NCBI GenBank assembly: GCA_040775225.1
Contig: JAXGSX010000001.1
Coordinates: forward strand, 1 to 45,431
Length of the DNA stretch: 45,431 bases
Direction: 5' to 3'
Source: Kiritimatiellia bacterium
GTDB taxonomy: Bacteria; Verrucomicrobiota; Kiritimatiellia; JAAZAB01
Positions 17,495-25,416 of the stretch are shown piece after piece. Below the pieces are notes generated by a model. It saw only the letters and a list, made by a program, of their open reading frames with translations, had not been told where the DNA came from and did not search any database. The translations under genes and the position numbers were made by a program. Position 1 is the first letter of the stretch; every line of letters begins with the position of its first letter.

Positions 17495-18978
17495 AAGGGA
17501 GTTTCAGCCAACCATCCGCACATGACGGAATAATAAGCTTCAGCGCACTGGCGATAACCAACGGCGTTCGGATGGACAGCATTATTATGCAATATTTGCG
17601 GTTTACCGTCGAGCATGACTTCGCCCTTGGGATACCCCAGATCGCGGTCGGTCACCAAACCGTTGACCGCCAGCCGCACGCCGGGCCAATCCGGTTTGCC
17701 GTCAAACTCGCGGATCAGCATATCCCACAATCTCCGCATGACGGATTCGTAACGCGCCATGGAGATGCGCGATCCGAATTGCGCGCCGTAATTGCGCACG
17801 TAAGTGTCAGGCGAATTGCAGCCGATCGTCGGTAAAGCCAGGATGACGCGGCAATCGGGATAGCCGCCAGGATTTGCCTGAATGGCGCGCACCAGCGTTT
17901 TGGCCTGTGCCAGAATCCGTGCCAGCCGCGATGCCGTTTCCTGTTCCGGCTCAATCGCCACCCCCATGCAATCGTTACCACCCAATTGAATGAAGGCAAA
18001 ATCAATTTTATCCTCTCCGCCGAAACAACGGTAATCCCGGACGTATTTACGGACGTCCAGGCCGCCCTTGCCGCCATGCAGGCTGGCGTCCCAAAACGGA
18101 TTGGCGGATACAGGATATTCCCTTTGGGTGAACGCAATCTCGCCCGCGCCATTCGCGCTGCGCCGTGCTGGCGTCAAGATGCCGGGAGTTGCAGATGCAG
18201 ACGGGCGCGCCGCCTGGGCCTGCCCGGGATTAACCGGACCGAGGCATTGCATCAAGAGCGTTCCCTGCGACAAGCCCTTGTCAGCGGGCAACAAGTTGAC
18301 GCTGTGAATCCGGTAGCGCAACCCTTCACCGGTGTATTCAGCGCGGCTGCCGGGGAGGGGCGGGATTCCAGCGACGGTAAAACGGCAATATCCTCCGCCC
18401 TGGGCGGTGAAACTGGCAAAACTCCAGCCGCCCCATCCTTCATGGCGGTTATCGTCTGCATGCTGGTTGCGTCCCATCAACAAAGGGCGGGCGCCGCCGG
18501 CGGCTTCAAGCAGCTCGCGCACCGTGCCGGAAACCATGCCGCCGCATTCTGTGAGCGGCACGCCCTGGGTAAGGCTGTCGCCTATGAATAATAGTTGCAT
18601 AACACCGGCGCCGCCGCCGGCCGGCGCTACGCATATTTGGAAAGGACGCGAAAACACCTCGCGCCGGTCAGCGTCAGCGACATGCACGACGGCCGGAAAA
18701 ACCCGGTTGACTTGCGTATCCGCGGGCGTAAAACGGAAGCCGCGCCCGGTGTGTTCGCCCACGGCACAATTTACCCGGACCGTCCATCCTGTCGCCCCCG
18801 CGTCCAGCAAGGTGTCGTTCCACAAATTCAGCTCGCGCCCAACGGCAATATAGACGCGGGCGGGCACTGCCAGTATTGGCCGGGTTTCCGCCGGCCGCCG
18901 GCCGCTGTCCGCCGCCAACCCTGGGAAAACCATCCCGCAGCAAACAATGATTGCCGTCAAATTTTTCATAATTTTCAT
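17491..18978 (-). CDS. Secreted SGNH/GDSL-type hydrolase (esterase) with an N-terminal extra domain
   Basis: SGNH blocks are LLFIGDSLTQG (block I), FIQLGGNDC (block III) and NAVHPNAVGY (block V). ATG 18978 gives the signal peptide MKIMKNLTAIIVCCGMVFPGLAADS. The longer track ORF (to 19266) would overlap the upstream regulator gene. Confidence 0.75.
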   Translation of the reverse strand: MKIMKNLTAIIVCCGMVFPGLAADSGRRPAETRPILAVPARVYIAVGRELNLWNDTLLDAGATGWTVRVNCAVGEHTGRGFRFTPADTQVNRVFPAVVHVADADRREVFSRPFQICVAPAGGGAGVMQLLFIGDSLTQGVPLTECGGMVSGTVRELLEAAGGARPLLMGRNQHADDNRHEGWGGWSFASFTAQGGGYCRFTVAGIPPLPGSRAEYTGEGLRYRIHSVNLLPADKGLSQGTLLMQCLGPVNPGQAQAARPSASATPGILTPARRSANGAGEIAFTQREYPVSANPFWDASLHGGKGGLDVRKYVRDYRCFGGEDKIDFAFIQLGGNDCMGVAIEPEQETASRLARILAQAKTLVRAIQANPGGYPDCRVILALPTIGCNSPDTYVRNYGAQFGSRISMARYESVMRRLWDMLIREFDGKPDWPGVRLAVNGLVTDRDLGYPKGEVMLDGKPQILHNNAVHPNAVGYRQCAEAYYSVMCGWLAETPL

Positions 18979-19069
18979 ATTCCCCCAAGATGTAAAGAAG
19001 ACATTGCCCATAAATAGATGTTGCTTGCAGAAGCCCGCCGAACTTAAAGCCCTGGAAACCACCCCGGCA

Positions 19070-20485
19070 TTACCCTGACTTCCCTGCACGACCGTGGTCC
19101 CCCGCCAGTAGCCGGTTGGCTTCCGCGGCAATCCTCCGGCAGGCCGGCACCGGCGGTTCCACACCCAGCCATACAAGCTGAATGCGGCTGTACACATGCT
19201 CGACCGCCGATATCCGCGGGGCCGCCACCACCGGCTCGGCATGTTCCAATTCATTCCAGAAAACATTAAACCCGGGAATTTTCCGCGACATGCCGCGGCA
19301 GAACATTTCGCCTATCCTGCGGTGGCAGGACAATGCATCCGCGCGTTCGGAAAGAAACAACTGGTTTTCCGGCAGCAGCAGAAAATGCAGCCAATCGCGC
19401 ACCAGGGCCGGCTGTTCAACCGCGCGGGGAATCAAGCAGGCATCCAGCCGCAAATGCGTCGTATGGCGCGCGCCATGCGGCAGCGGCGCAAATCCCAGTG
19501 TGAATTTCCGCCGGGCATGCAGGAAACTGCGCGTCACCCAGGTGGTCAGGAAATGTCCATAACCGAACAAGTCCCCAAGGTTCGCCTTGAGCGACAGCGG
19601 CAGGCAGCACAGGTGTTTGACATGCCCCAGATCCGCCAGGAACTCGATCGCGCGGATGGCGGCGGGCTGGTCCAGCAGGCACCGGCGTCCGTCCGCGGAA
19701 AACAACTCGCCGCCGAACATCCGCACGAAAATCGGCCAGCGGTTCATGCCGGCGGACAGGATCATCGGGTAAGACCGGTAGCCGGCGCCCTTGGATTGAT
19801 GCCGCCGCAACCGCCGCGCAAACTCATCCAGCGGACAATCGGGTGAAAACTGCCCAGCCTTGGCAGAATAATCCAGGTTCTGGCAACTCACCACCGGACT
19901 GGCATTCACCGGCAGCGCCAGCAGCCGGCCCGCGGCCGTCCGGCAGGCGCGCACCGCGGCCGGCGCGCAGTTCTCCGGGTCCCAGTCAAACTCCGGCAAC
20001 TCTTCCAGGGGCAGAAACGCGCGGAAATACCGGGGATCGGTCAGATACTGCCGCACCATCCATTCGTTCACAAACAGCAGGTCGGCGGATTCCAGAATAT
20101 CCGGCCGTGTTTCCAGTTCCGGCTGCCCGAATTCCGTCAATTCCACCTGCAGATTCTGCCGGCGCGCCCCGAACTTCTGGAGCAACTCCAGCAGGGCGGC
20201 GTTCACCCGGACGTTAAACGCGCTGGCGATGCGCAGTTTCCGGCGGGCGCGCACGATGTTCGGCGCGGCGTTCACCGCCCTGGCGGTCAGCACCGTGCCC
20301 CGGCGGGACGCCCGCCGCAGCAACTGGCGGTCGGCCAGCGTTTGCAGCGCCCGGTGCATGGTGGCGTAACTTACCTGGTATTGCTTGCACAACACCGATG
20401 CTGCCGGCAGTTTCTGGCCGGCCTTCCCCGCCCGGCCGAAGTCGCGCAGCACCCTGTTGGCCAGATCAATGTATTTTAAAGCCAT
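19070..20485 (-). CDS. GntR-family HTH transcriptional regulator fused to a MalE-like solute-binding-protein-type sensor domain
   Basis: The N-terminal winged-helix block is LPAASVLCKQYQVSYATMHRALQTLADRQLLRRASRRGTVL. The remaining ~380 aa resemble family-1 extracellular solute-binding proteins but lack a signal peptide (..LLALPVNASPVVSCQNLDY.., ..GGELFSADGRRCLLDQPAAIRAIEFLADL..). Confidence 0.6.
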   Translation of the reverse strand: MALKYIDLANRVLRDFGRAGKAGQKLPAASVLCKQYQVSYATMHRALQTLADRQLLRRASRRGTVLTARAVNAAPNIVRARRKLRIASAFNVRVNAALLELLQKFGARRQNLQVELTEFGQPELETRPDILESADLLFVNEWMVRQYLTDPRYFRAFLPLEELPEFDWDPENCAPAAVRACRTAAGRLLALPVNASPVVSCQNLDYSAKAGQFSPDCPLDEFARRLRRHQSKGAGYRSYPMILSAGMNRWPIFVRMFGGELFSADGRRCLLDQPAAIRAIEFLADLGHVKHLCCLPLSLKANLGDLFGYGHFLTTWVTRSFLHARRKFTLGFAPLPHGARHTTHLRLDACLIPRAVEQPALVRDWLHFLLLPENQLFLSERADALSCHRRIGEMFCRGMSRKIPGFNVFWNELEHAEPVVAAPRISAVEHVYSRIQLVWLGVEPPVPACRRIAAEANRLLAGDHGRAGKSG

Positions 20486-20503
20486 GCCGCCGCCTTTTTT
20501 AAT

Positions 20504-20515
20504 TAATATATACTA
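20504..20515. promoter_or_regulatory. Near-copy (11/12) of the TAGTATATACTA palindrome, candidate autoregulatory operator
   Basis: TAATATATACTA at 20504-20515. The extended match AATTA(G/A)TATATACTA is 14/15 identical to 9616-9630. It overlaps the candidate -10 element. Confidence 0.4.
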
Positions 20516-20533
20516 AATAGGAAAGACAGGCAA
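20505..20533 (-). promoter_or_regulatory. Candidate promoter of the GntR-family regulator gene
   Basis: The minus strand reads TTGCCT (20533-20528), a 17-nt spacer, then TATATT (20510-20505). The start codon lies 19 nt further downstream. Confidence 0.4.
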
Positions 20534-20641
20534 GCCCTTTTTTGGGGCGGCGGCATATACTTGACAAACAGGCTGGATTTGGGATGATAAACAGGTTGTC
20601 GGAAAGCCGCTGAACCAATTTTTCAAGGCCGATGCAACAAC

Positions 20642-22027
20642 ATGGACGACCAAATTTTACGTAATTATCAGCAGCCGAGCGGGGCGGACGGTCCGCCGCC
20701 GGCCTACCCGCCCATTTTCAACTGGGCGCCGGATAACGCGCCGCCGGAAATCGCGGCGTTTTTCGCCCGGCCGGCCTTCGACCCCCGGGCCGAGCAAATC
20801 GCGCGCGAAGCCCTGGCGGACATCCGGGCGCGGGGCGACGCGGCCGTGCTGGATTGCATCCGCAAATTTGAAAATCAAACCCTGGCCGCGGAAAATCTGC
20901 GCGTCGCCCGGGATGAACTCAATGCGGCGCGCGACCAAGTGGACAGCGACTTCATCGCCGCCTGTCGGGAATCCCACAACCGGATCATGCAATTCGCCCG
21001 CGCGGGGATGAAAAAGGATTGGACCATCTCCACGCCCAAAGGCGGCCTGGTCGGCGAACAATTTTCCCCGCTGGAACGCGTGGGCGCCTATATCCCAGGC
21101 GGCGCCGCGCCCCTGGTTTCCACCGCCTTGATGACTATCACGCTGGCGAAGGCGGCCGGGGTGCCGGAAATCGCCGCCTGCTCGCCCGCCGGGGCGGGCG
21201 GCGCGCTTAACCCGTACCTGCTTTTTGCCATGGAGGCCGCCGGGGCAACGGAAATCTACCGCGTGGGCGGGATTCAAGCCATCGGCGCCCTGGCCTACGG
21301 CACGCAGACCATCAGGAAGGTCCAGAAAATTGCCGGCCCGGGCGGTCCGTTCGTCACCGCCGCCAAGCGCCTGGTGTATGGAGCGGTAGCCCTGGACCTG
21401 GTGGCCGGGCCCAGCGAAATCGCCGTGCTGGCGGACGAAAGCGCCAAGGCCGAACAGGTGGCGGCGGACCTTTTATCCCAGGCGGAACACGGCACCGGGA
21501 GCGAAAAAATCCTGCTGGTGACCACTGACGCCCGGCTGGCGCTGGCGGTGCGGCTGGAACTGGCGCGCCAGGCGGCGACGCTTTCCCGCCGCTCCGCCAT
21601 CCAAAGCGTCATCCGCGAAGGGGCGCTGATCATCGTGGTCAACCACCTGGATCACGGCATGGAATTATGCAACCGGTTTGCGCCGGAACACCTGGAGATC
21701 ATCGTCCGCGAGCCGCGCAACTGGCTGAAAAAAGTGCGCAATGCCGGAGCCGTCTTTGTCGGCGCCTGGACGCCCGAATGCGCGGGCGACTTCGTGGCCG
21801 GCCCCAGCCACGTCCTGCCTACGGGCGGCGCCGCGGCCATGTTTTCCGGGTTGACGGTGGACGATTTCCGCAAGCGCACCAGCGTCATTTCCTTCACCCG
21901 CGCCGATCTGCACGCAACGCTCGATACGATCGAAACTTTCGGCCGGGTGGAAGGCCTGGACGCCCACGCCCGCTCGGCGCGCATCCGGTTTGCCAAGCCG
22001 GCGCCACAACCGGACAGCCTGGTGTGA
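20642..22027 (+). CDS. hisD: Histidinol dehydrogenase
   Basis: Conserved HisD blocks are present: IPGG.APL.ST.LM, GGIQAIGALAYGT, IAGPGGPFVTAAKR, GPSEIAVLADE, QAEHG and APEHLE. Confidence 0.9.
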   Translation: MDDQILRNYQQPSGADGPPPAYPPIFNWAPDNAPPEIAAFFARPAFDPRAEQIAREALADIRARGDAAVLDCIRKFENQTLAAENLRVARDELNAARDQVDSDFIAACRESHNRIMQFARAGMKKDWTISTPKGGLVGEQFSPLERVGAYIPGGAAPLVSTALMTITLAKAAGVPEIAACSPAGAGGALNPYLLFAMEAAGATEIYRVGGIQAIGALAYGTQTIRKVQKIAGPGGPFVTAAKRLVYGAVALDLVAGPSEIAVLADESAKAEQVAADLLSQAEHGTGSEKILLVTTDARLALAVRLELARQAATLSRRSAIQSVIREGALIIVVNHLDHGMELCNRFAPEHLEIIVREPRNWLKKVRNAGAVFVGAWTPECAGDFVAGPSHVLPTGGAAAMFSGLTVDDFRKRTSVISFTRADLHATLDTIETFGRVEGLDAHARSARIRFAKPAPQPDSLV

Positions 22028-22029
22028 AC

Positions 22030-23082
22030 ATGCAAATTTCCGAACAACTGATCCGTGCCGGCATCCGGCGGATGCAGGGCTACACCCCCGGCGAACAGCC
22101 CACCGATCCAGCCGTCATCAAGCTCAACACCAACGAATGCCCCTACCCGCCTTCGCCCCGGGTGCGGGAGGCGCTCGCCGCTTACGCCGCCGACAGTCTC
22201 CGGCTTTACCCCGACCCGCTCTGCAAAAACGTCCGCTGCGCCGTAGCCGATTTGCATCATTGCGCCGTCGAACAGGTTTTTTTCGGCAACGGCTCGGATG
22301 AGATATTGCGGCTCTGCTCCGAGGCTTTCGTGGAAAATGACGGCGCCATCGGATATCTCGATCCGTCATACTCGCTTTACCCGGTGCTGACGCAAATCCG
22401 CGATGCCCGGGCGCTGCCGGTCACGCTCAACCGCGCGCTGGACTGGCCCGAACCCGACCCGGCGGCCGCGGATTTGTTTTTCCTGACCAACCCCAATGCT
22501 CCCGGCGGGCGGCATTACCCGGCCGCGCAGGTGGAACAGTTCTGCCGTCAGGCGCGCGGCGTGGTGGTGGTTGACGAAGCTTACGTGGATTTCGCCGAGT
22601 TTGACTGCGCGCGGCTGGCGCTGACCCTGCCCAACACCCTGGCGCTGCGGACTCTGTCCAAATCATATTCCCTCGCCGGCCTGCGCGCCGGGTACGCGCT
22701 TGGCCCGCCGCCGCTGATCGCGGCCATGTATAAGATCAAGGATTCCTACAATGTCAACCGCCTGACCCAGGCGCTGGCGCTGGCGGCTATCAACGACCAG
22801 GCATACATGCGGGCGCAAACGGCCAGGATCAAGCAGACCCGGCGGCGCCTGGCCGGGGAATTGACGCGGATGGGGTGCGAAGTCTGGCCCTCGGCCGCCA
22901 ATTTTCTCTGGGTGGCCCCGCCCGCGCCCGGCGCGGCGCGGCTGTATGAACTGCTGAAGGAACGCGGCATCCTGGTGCGCTATTTCCCCGGGCCGCGCAC
23001 CGGGAACAACCTGCGCATCAGCATCGGCACGGACATGCAGACCGACCGGCTACTGGAGGCCCTTCACGCTCTGGGCCTGTAA
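22030..23082 (+). CDS. hisC: Histidinol-phosphate aminotransferase
   Basis: ATG 22030 lies 2 nt after the hisD stop. Blocks LNTNECPYPPSP, DEAYVDF and the PLP-lysine motif LSKSYSLAGLRAGY are present. The track ORF from 21667 is an in-frame upstream extension that overlaps hisD. Confidence 0.9.
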   Translation: MQISEQLIRAGIRRMQGYTPGEQPTDPAVIKLNTNECPYPPSPRVREALAAYAADSLRLYPDPLCKNVRCAVADLHHCAVEQVFFGNGSDEILRLCSEAFVENDGAIGYLDPSYSLYPVLTQIRDARALPVTLNRALDWPEPDPAAADLFFLTNPNAPGGRHYPAAQVEQFCRQARGVVVVDEAYVDFAEFDCARLALTLPNTLALRTLSKSYSLAGLRAGYALGPPPLIAAMYKIKDSYNVNRLTQALALAAINDQAYMRAQTARIKQTRRRLAGELTRMGCEVWPSAANFLWVAPPAPGAARLYELLKERGILVRYFPGPRTGNNLRISIGTDMQTDRLLEALHALGL

Positions 23083-23084
23083 CC

Positions 23085-23101
23085 GCCCCGCCGGGCGGGG
23101 C
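23085..23101 (+). terminator. GC-rich hairpin just after hisC, weak intrinsic-terminator candidate
   Basis: GCCCCGCC / GGCGGGGC arms begin 3 nt after the TAA stop. No immediate U-run follows; only AATTTGTT occurs ~8 nt downstream. Confidence 0.3.
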
Positions 23102-23161
23102 GTAAGACTAATTTGTTGGATTGATCTGAAACCCTCGTTGACTGGCCCCTGAATATTGCGC

Positions 23162-23191
23162 TTGCCGCGCGCAACATCCAGATACTATATT
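23162..23191 (+). promoter_or_regulatory. Candidate promoter of the wzt-like gene; geometry suggests a leaderless mRNA
   Basis: TTGCCG (23162-23167), an 18-nt spacer, then TATATT (23186-23191). The ATG at 23199 is only 7 nt past the -10, and there is no Shine-Dalgarno sequence. Confidence 0.35.
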
Positions 23192-23198
23192 AGCCGGG

Positions 23199-24452
23199 AT
23201 GCAGGGACAAATCACAGTCGAGCATGTCGGCAAATCCTACCGGCTTTACCGTTCCACCGGCGATCGTATCCGGGAAGCGCTGCATCCCCGCCGCCGCAAG
23301 TACCACCAATTATTCAAGGCGCTGGATGACATCTCCTGCATTGTCCACCCCGGCACCACCCTGGGGGTGATCGGGCGCAATGGCTCGGGCAAATCCTCGC
23401 TCTTGAAAATCATCGCCGGCATCATCACCCCCACCCAGGGCCGGGCGCGCGCCGCCGGCCGGCTGGCGGCGCTGCTGGAACTGGGCGCCGGGTTCAACCC
23501 GGAACTGACCGGCCTGGAAAACATTTACTTCAACGGCACCATTATGGGTTACCGGCGGCGCGACATGCGGGCAAAGCTGCGGGAGATAACGGCCTTCGCC
23601 GATATCGGGCCGTATCTCGACCAGCCGGTTAAAACCTATTCCAGCGGCATGTTTGTCCGCCTGGCATTCGCCGTCGCCATCAACGTGGAGCCGGATATCC
23701 TGCTGGTGGACGAAGCGCTGGCGGTGGGCGACATTAATTTCCAGGCCCGTTGTTTCCGCAAACTGAACGAATTCCGCCGCAGCGGCCGCACGGTGGTGTT
23801 CGTCACCCACTCACTCGACACCATCCTGCGGTACTGCGACAAAACCATCGTGCTGGAGCAAGGCCGCAAGGCGGCGGAAGCCGACCCCAAAACAGCGGTG
23901 GATGCCTACAAGCAACTGATGGCCGAGCGCGACCAGCGCCGGATTGCCCCCCCCCAGCCGGAAGGCGCCGCCCCGGCGCCGGCATACCGCGGCCATTTCC
24001 AGAGCAGTCCCGACACACTGGCCTACGGCAACGGCGCCGCCGATATCGCCGATTTCGGACTGTTTGACGCAGCCGGGCGTCCGACCCGCCTGTTGACCAG
24101 CGGCGAATTTTGCAGCATCCGCATGGAAGTCGTCTTCCATGCCGCCTTGACCAATCCGATTTTCGCTTATACCATCAAGGACTTGAAAGGACTGGAACTA
24201 ACCGGCGCCAACACGCTCTTCCAGGAAATCGCCACCGGGGACTACCGGCCCGGCCAGCAGGTCCGGGTGCATTTCCGGCAAAGGTTGAACCTGCAGTCCG
24301 GCCGGTATGCGCTTTCGCTGGGCTGCACCGGCATGCACGGCGACACGCTGCTGGTTTACCAGCGGCTGTACGATGTGCTCCTGTTCGAAGTCGCCGCCGC
24401 CCGGCCGGTGGTGGGATTGTTCGATCCCGAAACGCAAATTGAAATCACATGA
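23199..24452 (+). CDS. Polysaccharide/O-antigen-type ABC exporter ATP-binding protein (Wzt/TagH-like) with a C-terminal extra domain
   Basis: Walker A GRNGSGKSS, signature YSSGM (TagH/Wzt-type) and Walker B ILLVDEAL are present. A ~160-aa C-terminal extension follows the NBD, as in Wzt proteins that carry a glycan-binding domain. Confidence 0.8.
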   Translation: MQGQITVEHVGKSYRLYRSTGDRIREALHPRRRKYHQLFKALDDISCIVHPGTTLGVIGRNGSGKSSLLKIIAGIITPTQGRARAAGRLAALLELGAGFNPELTGLENIYFNGTIMGYRRRDMRAKLREITAFADIGPYLDQPVKTYSSGMFVRLAFAVAINVEPDILLVDEALAVGDINFQARCFRKLNEFRRSGRTVVFVTHSLDTILRYCDKTIVLEQGRKAAEADPKTAVDAYKQLMAERDQRRIAPPQPEGAAPAPAYRGHFQSSPDTLAYGNGAADIADFGLFDAAGRPTRLLTSGEFCSIRMEVVFHAALTNPIFAYTIKDLKGLELTGANTLFQEIATGDYRPGQQVRVHFRQRLNLQSGRYALSLGCTGMHGDTLLVYQRLYDVLLFEVAAARPVVGLFDPETQIEIT

Positions 24453-24464
24453 GCGAACTGCAAA

Positions 24465-25376
24465 ATGGCAATGCTGGATACAACCTGCTATAAAGGCGCG
24501 GACGCCTATACCGACGGCCCGATCGAAGACGAAATGCTGGCGCTGGCCGGCGCCGGGCCGGTGACGCCGGATATGCTGGCCCGCGACAACCGCTGGCCGG
24601 TGCTTTGCCATTTCGCGCCCGAACGGCGCAACCTGCTGGAATGGTTCCCGTTCAATCCCGCCGGGCGCCTGCTGGAAGTCGGCGCCGGATGCGGAGCCCT
24701 GACCGGCCTGTTTTGCGATAAAGTCGCGGAAGTCCACGCGGCCGAATTATCGCTCAAACGCAGCCGCATTCTGCAGGCCCGTTACGCCGCCCGCGCCAAC
24801 CTGCGGATTCGGGTGGGCAACGTGCTGGACATGCCGCCGGACGAACGCTTCGATTACATTACGCTGATCGGCGTCCTCGAGTATGCCGCCGCTTTCGTCC
24901 CGGCTTCGCGCCCGCACCTGGCGCTGCTGCGGCGGCTGGCCGCCCGGCTCAAGCCGGCGGGAACGCTGCTGCTGGCGATTGAAAACAAATTCGGCCTGAA
25001 ATATTTTGCCGGCGCCCCGGAAGACCATACCGGACGCCTCTTCGAGGGGATTGAGGGCTACCCCGGCGCCGGCGCGGCCCGCACTTTCTCCCGGAACGAG
25101 TTGGACCAGCTGCTGGCCCAGGCCGGTTTTGGCCGCCGCGATTTTTATTATCCTTATCCCGATTATAAGCTGCCGCGGGAAATTTTTTCCGACGCCTGGC
25201 TGCCGCCGCCCCATCATGTCCTGCCGGATGCCCCCAATTACGACCACGAACGCCTGCGCATGCTGAGTGAAACCCGCGCGTGGGAAAACATCATCCGCGC
25301 GGGTTATTTCCCGTTGTTCGCCAATTCCTTCCTGGTGGCGGCGGGACTGCCGGAAACGCAGCCGCACGAAGATTGA
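24465..25376 (+). CDS. Class I SAM-dependent methyltransferase
   Basis: Motif I is LLEVGAGCGALTG. It is followed by the acidic-loop and post-I blocks (VHAAELS, VGNVLDMP, DYITLIGVLEY). Confidence 0.75.
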   Translation: MAMLDTTCYKGADAYTDGPIEDEMLALAGAGPVTPDMLARDNRWPVLCHFAPERRNLLEWFPFNPAGRLLEVGAGCGALTGLFCDKVAEVHAAELSLKRSRILQARYAARANLRIRVGNVLDMPPDERFDYITLIGVLEYAAAFVPASRPHLALLRRLAARLKPAGTLLLAIENKFGLKYFAGAPEDHTGRLFEGIEGYPGAGAARTFSRNELDQLLAQAGFGRRDFYYPYPDYKLPREIFSDAWLPPPHHVLPDAPNYDHERLRMLSETRAWENIIRAGYFPLFANSFLVAAGLPETQPHED

Positions 25377-25416
25377 CCCTTCGCGAGAGGGTTTGTATGG
25401 GAGGATGGAAAGCAAC

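Noticed and set aside
18979-19266. N-terminal 96-aa extension of the SGNH hydrolase ORF in the track
   Set aside because: The extension overlaps the 3' end of the GntR-type gene and is Arg/Trp-rich. The internal ATG at 18978 yields a canonical signal peptide.
20560-20590. hisD promoter candidate (perfect TTGACA at 20560-20565)
   Set aside because: No acceptable -10 lies at 16-18 nt. The best is GATAAA at a 19-nt spacer, lacking the conserved first T and last T. This is too weak to list as a feature.
20657-21277. 206-aa minus-strand ORF, and 21652-22260 (202 aa)
   Set aside because: They are antisense to hisD and hisC, which are unambiguous.
21667-22029. 121-aa upstream extension of the hisC ORF
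   Set aside because: It lies entirely within hisD in another frame. ATG 22030 gives the canonical HisC N-terminus directly after the hisD stop.
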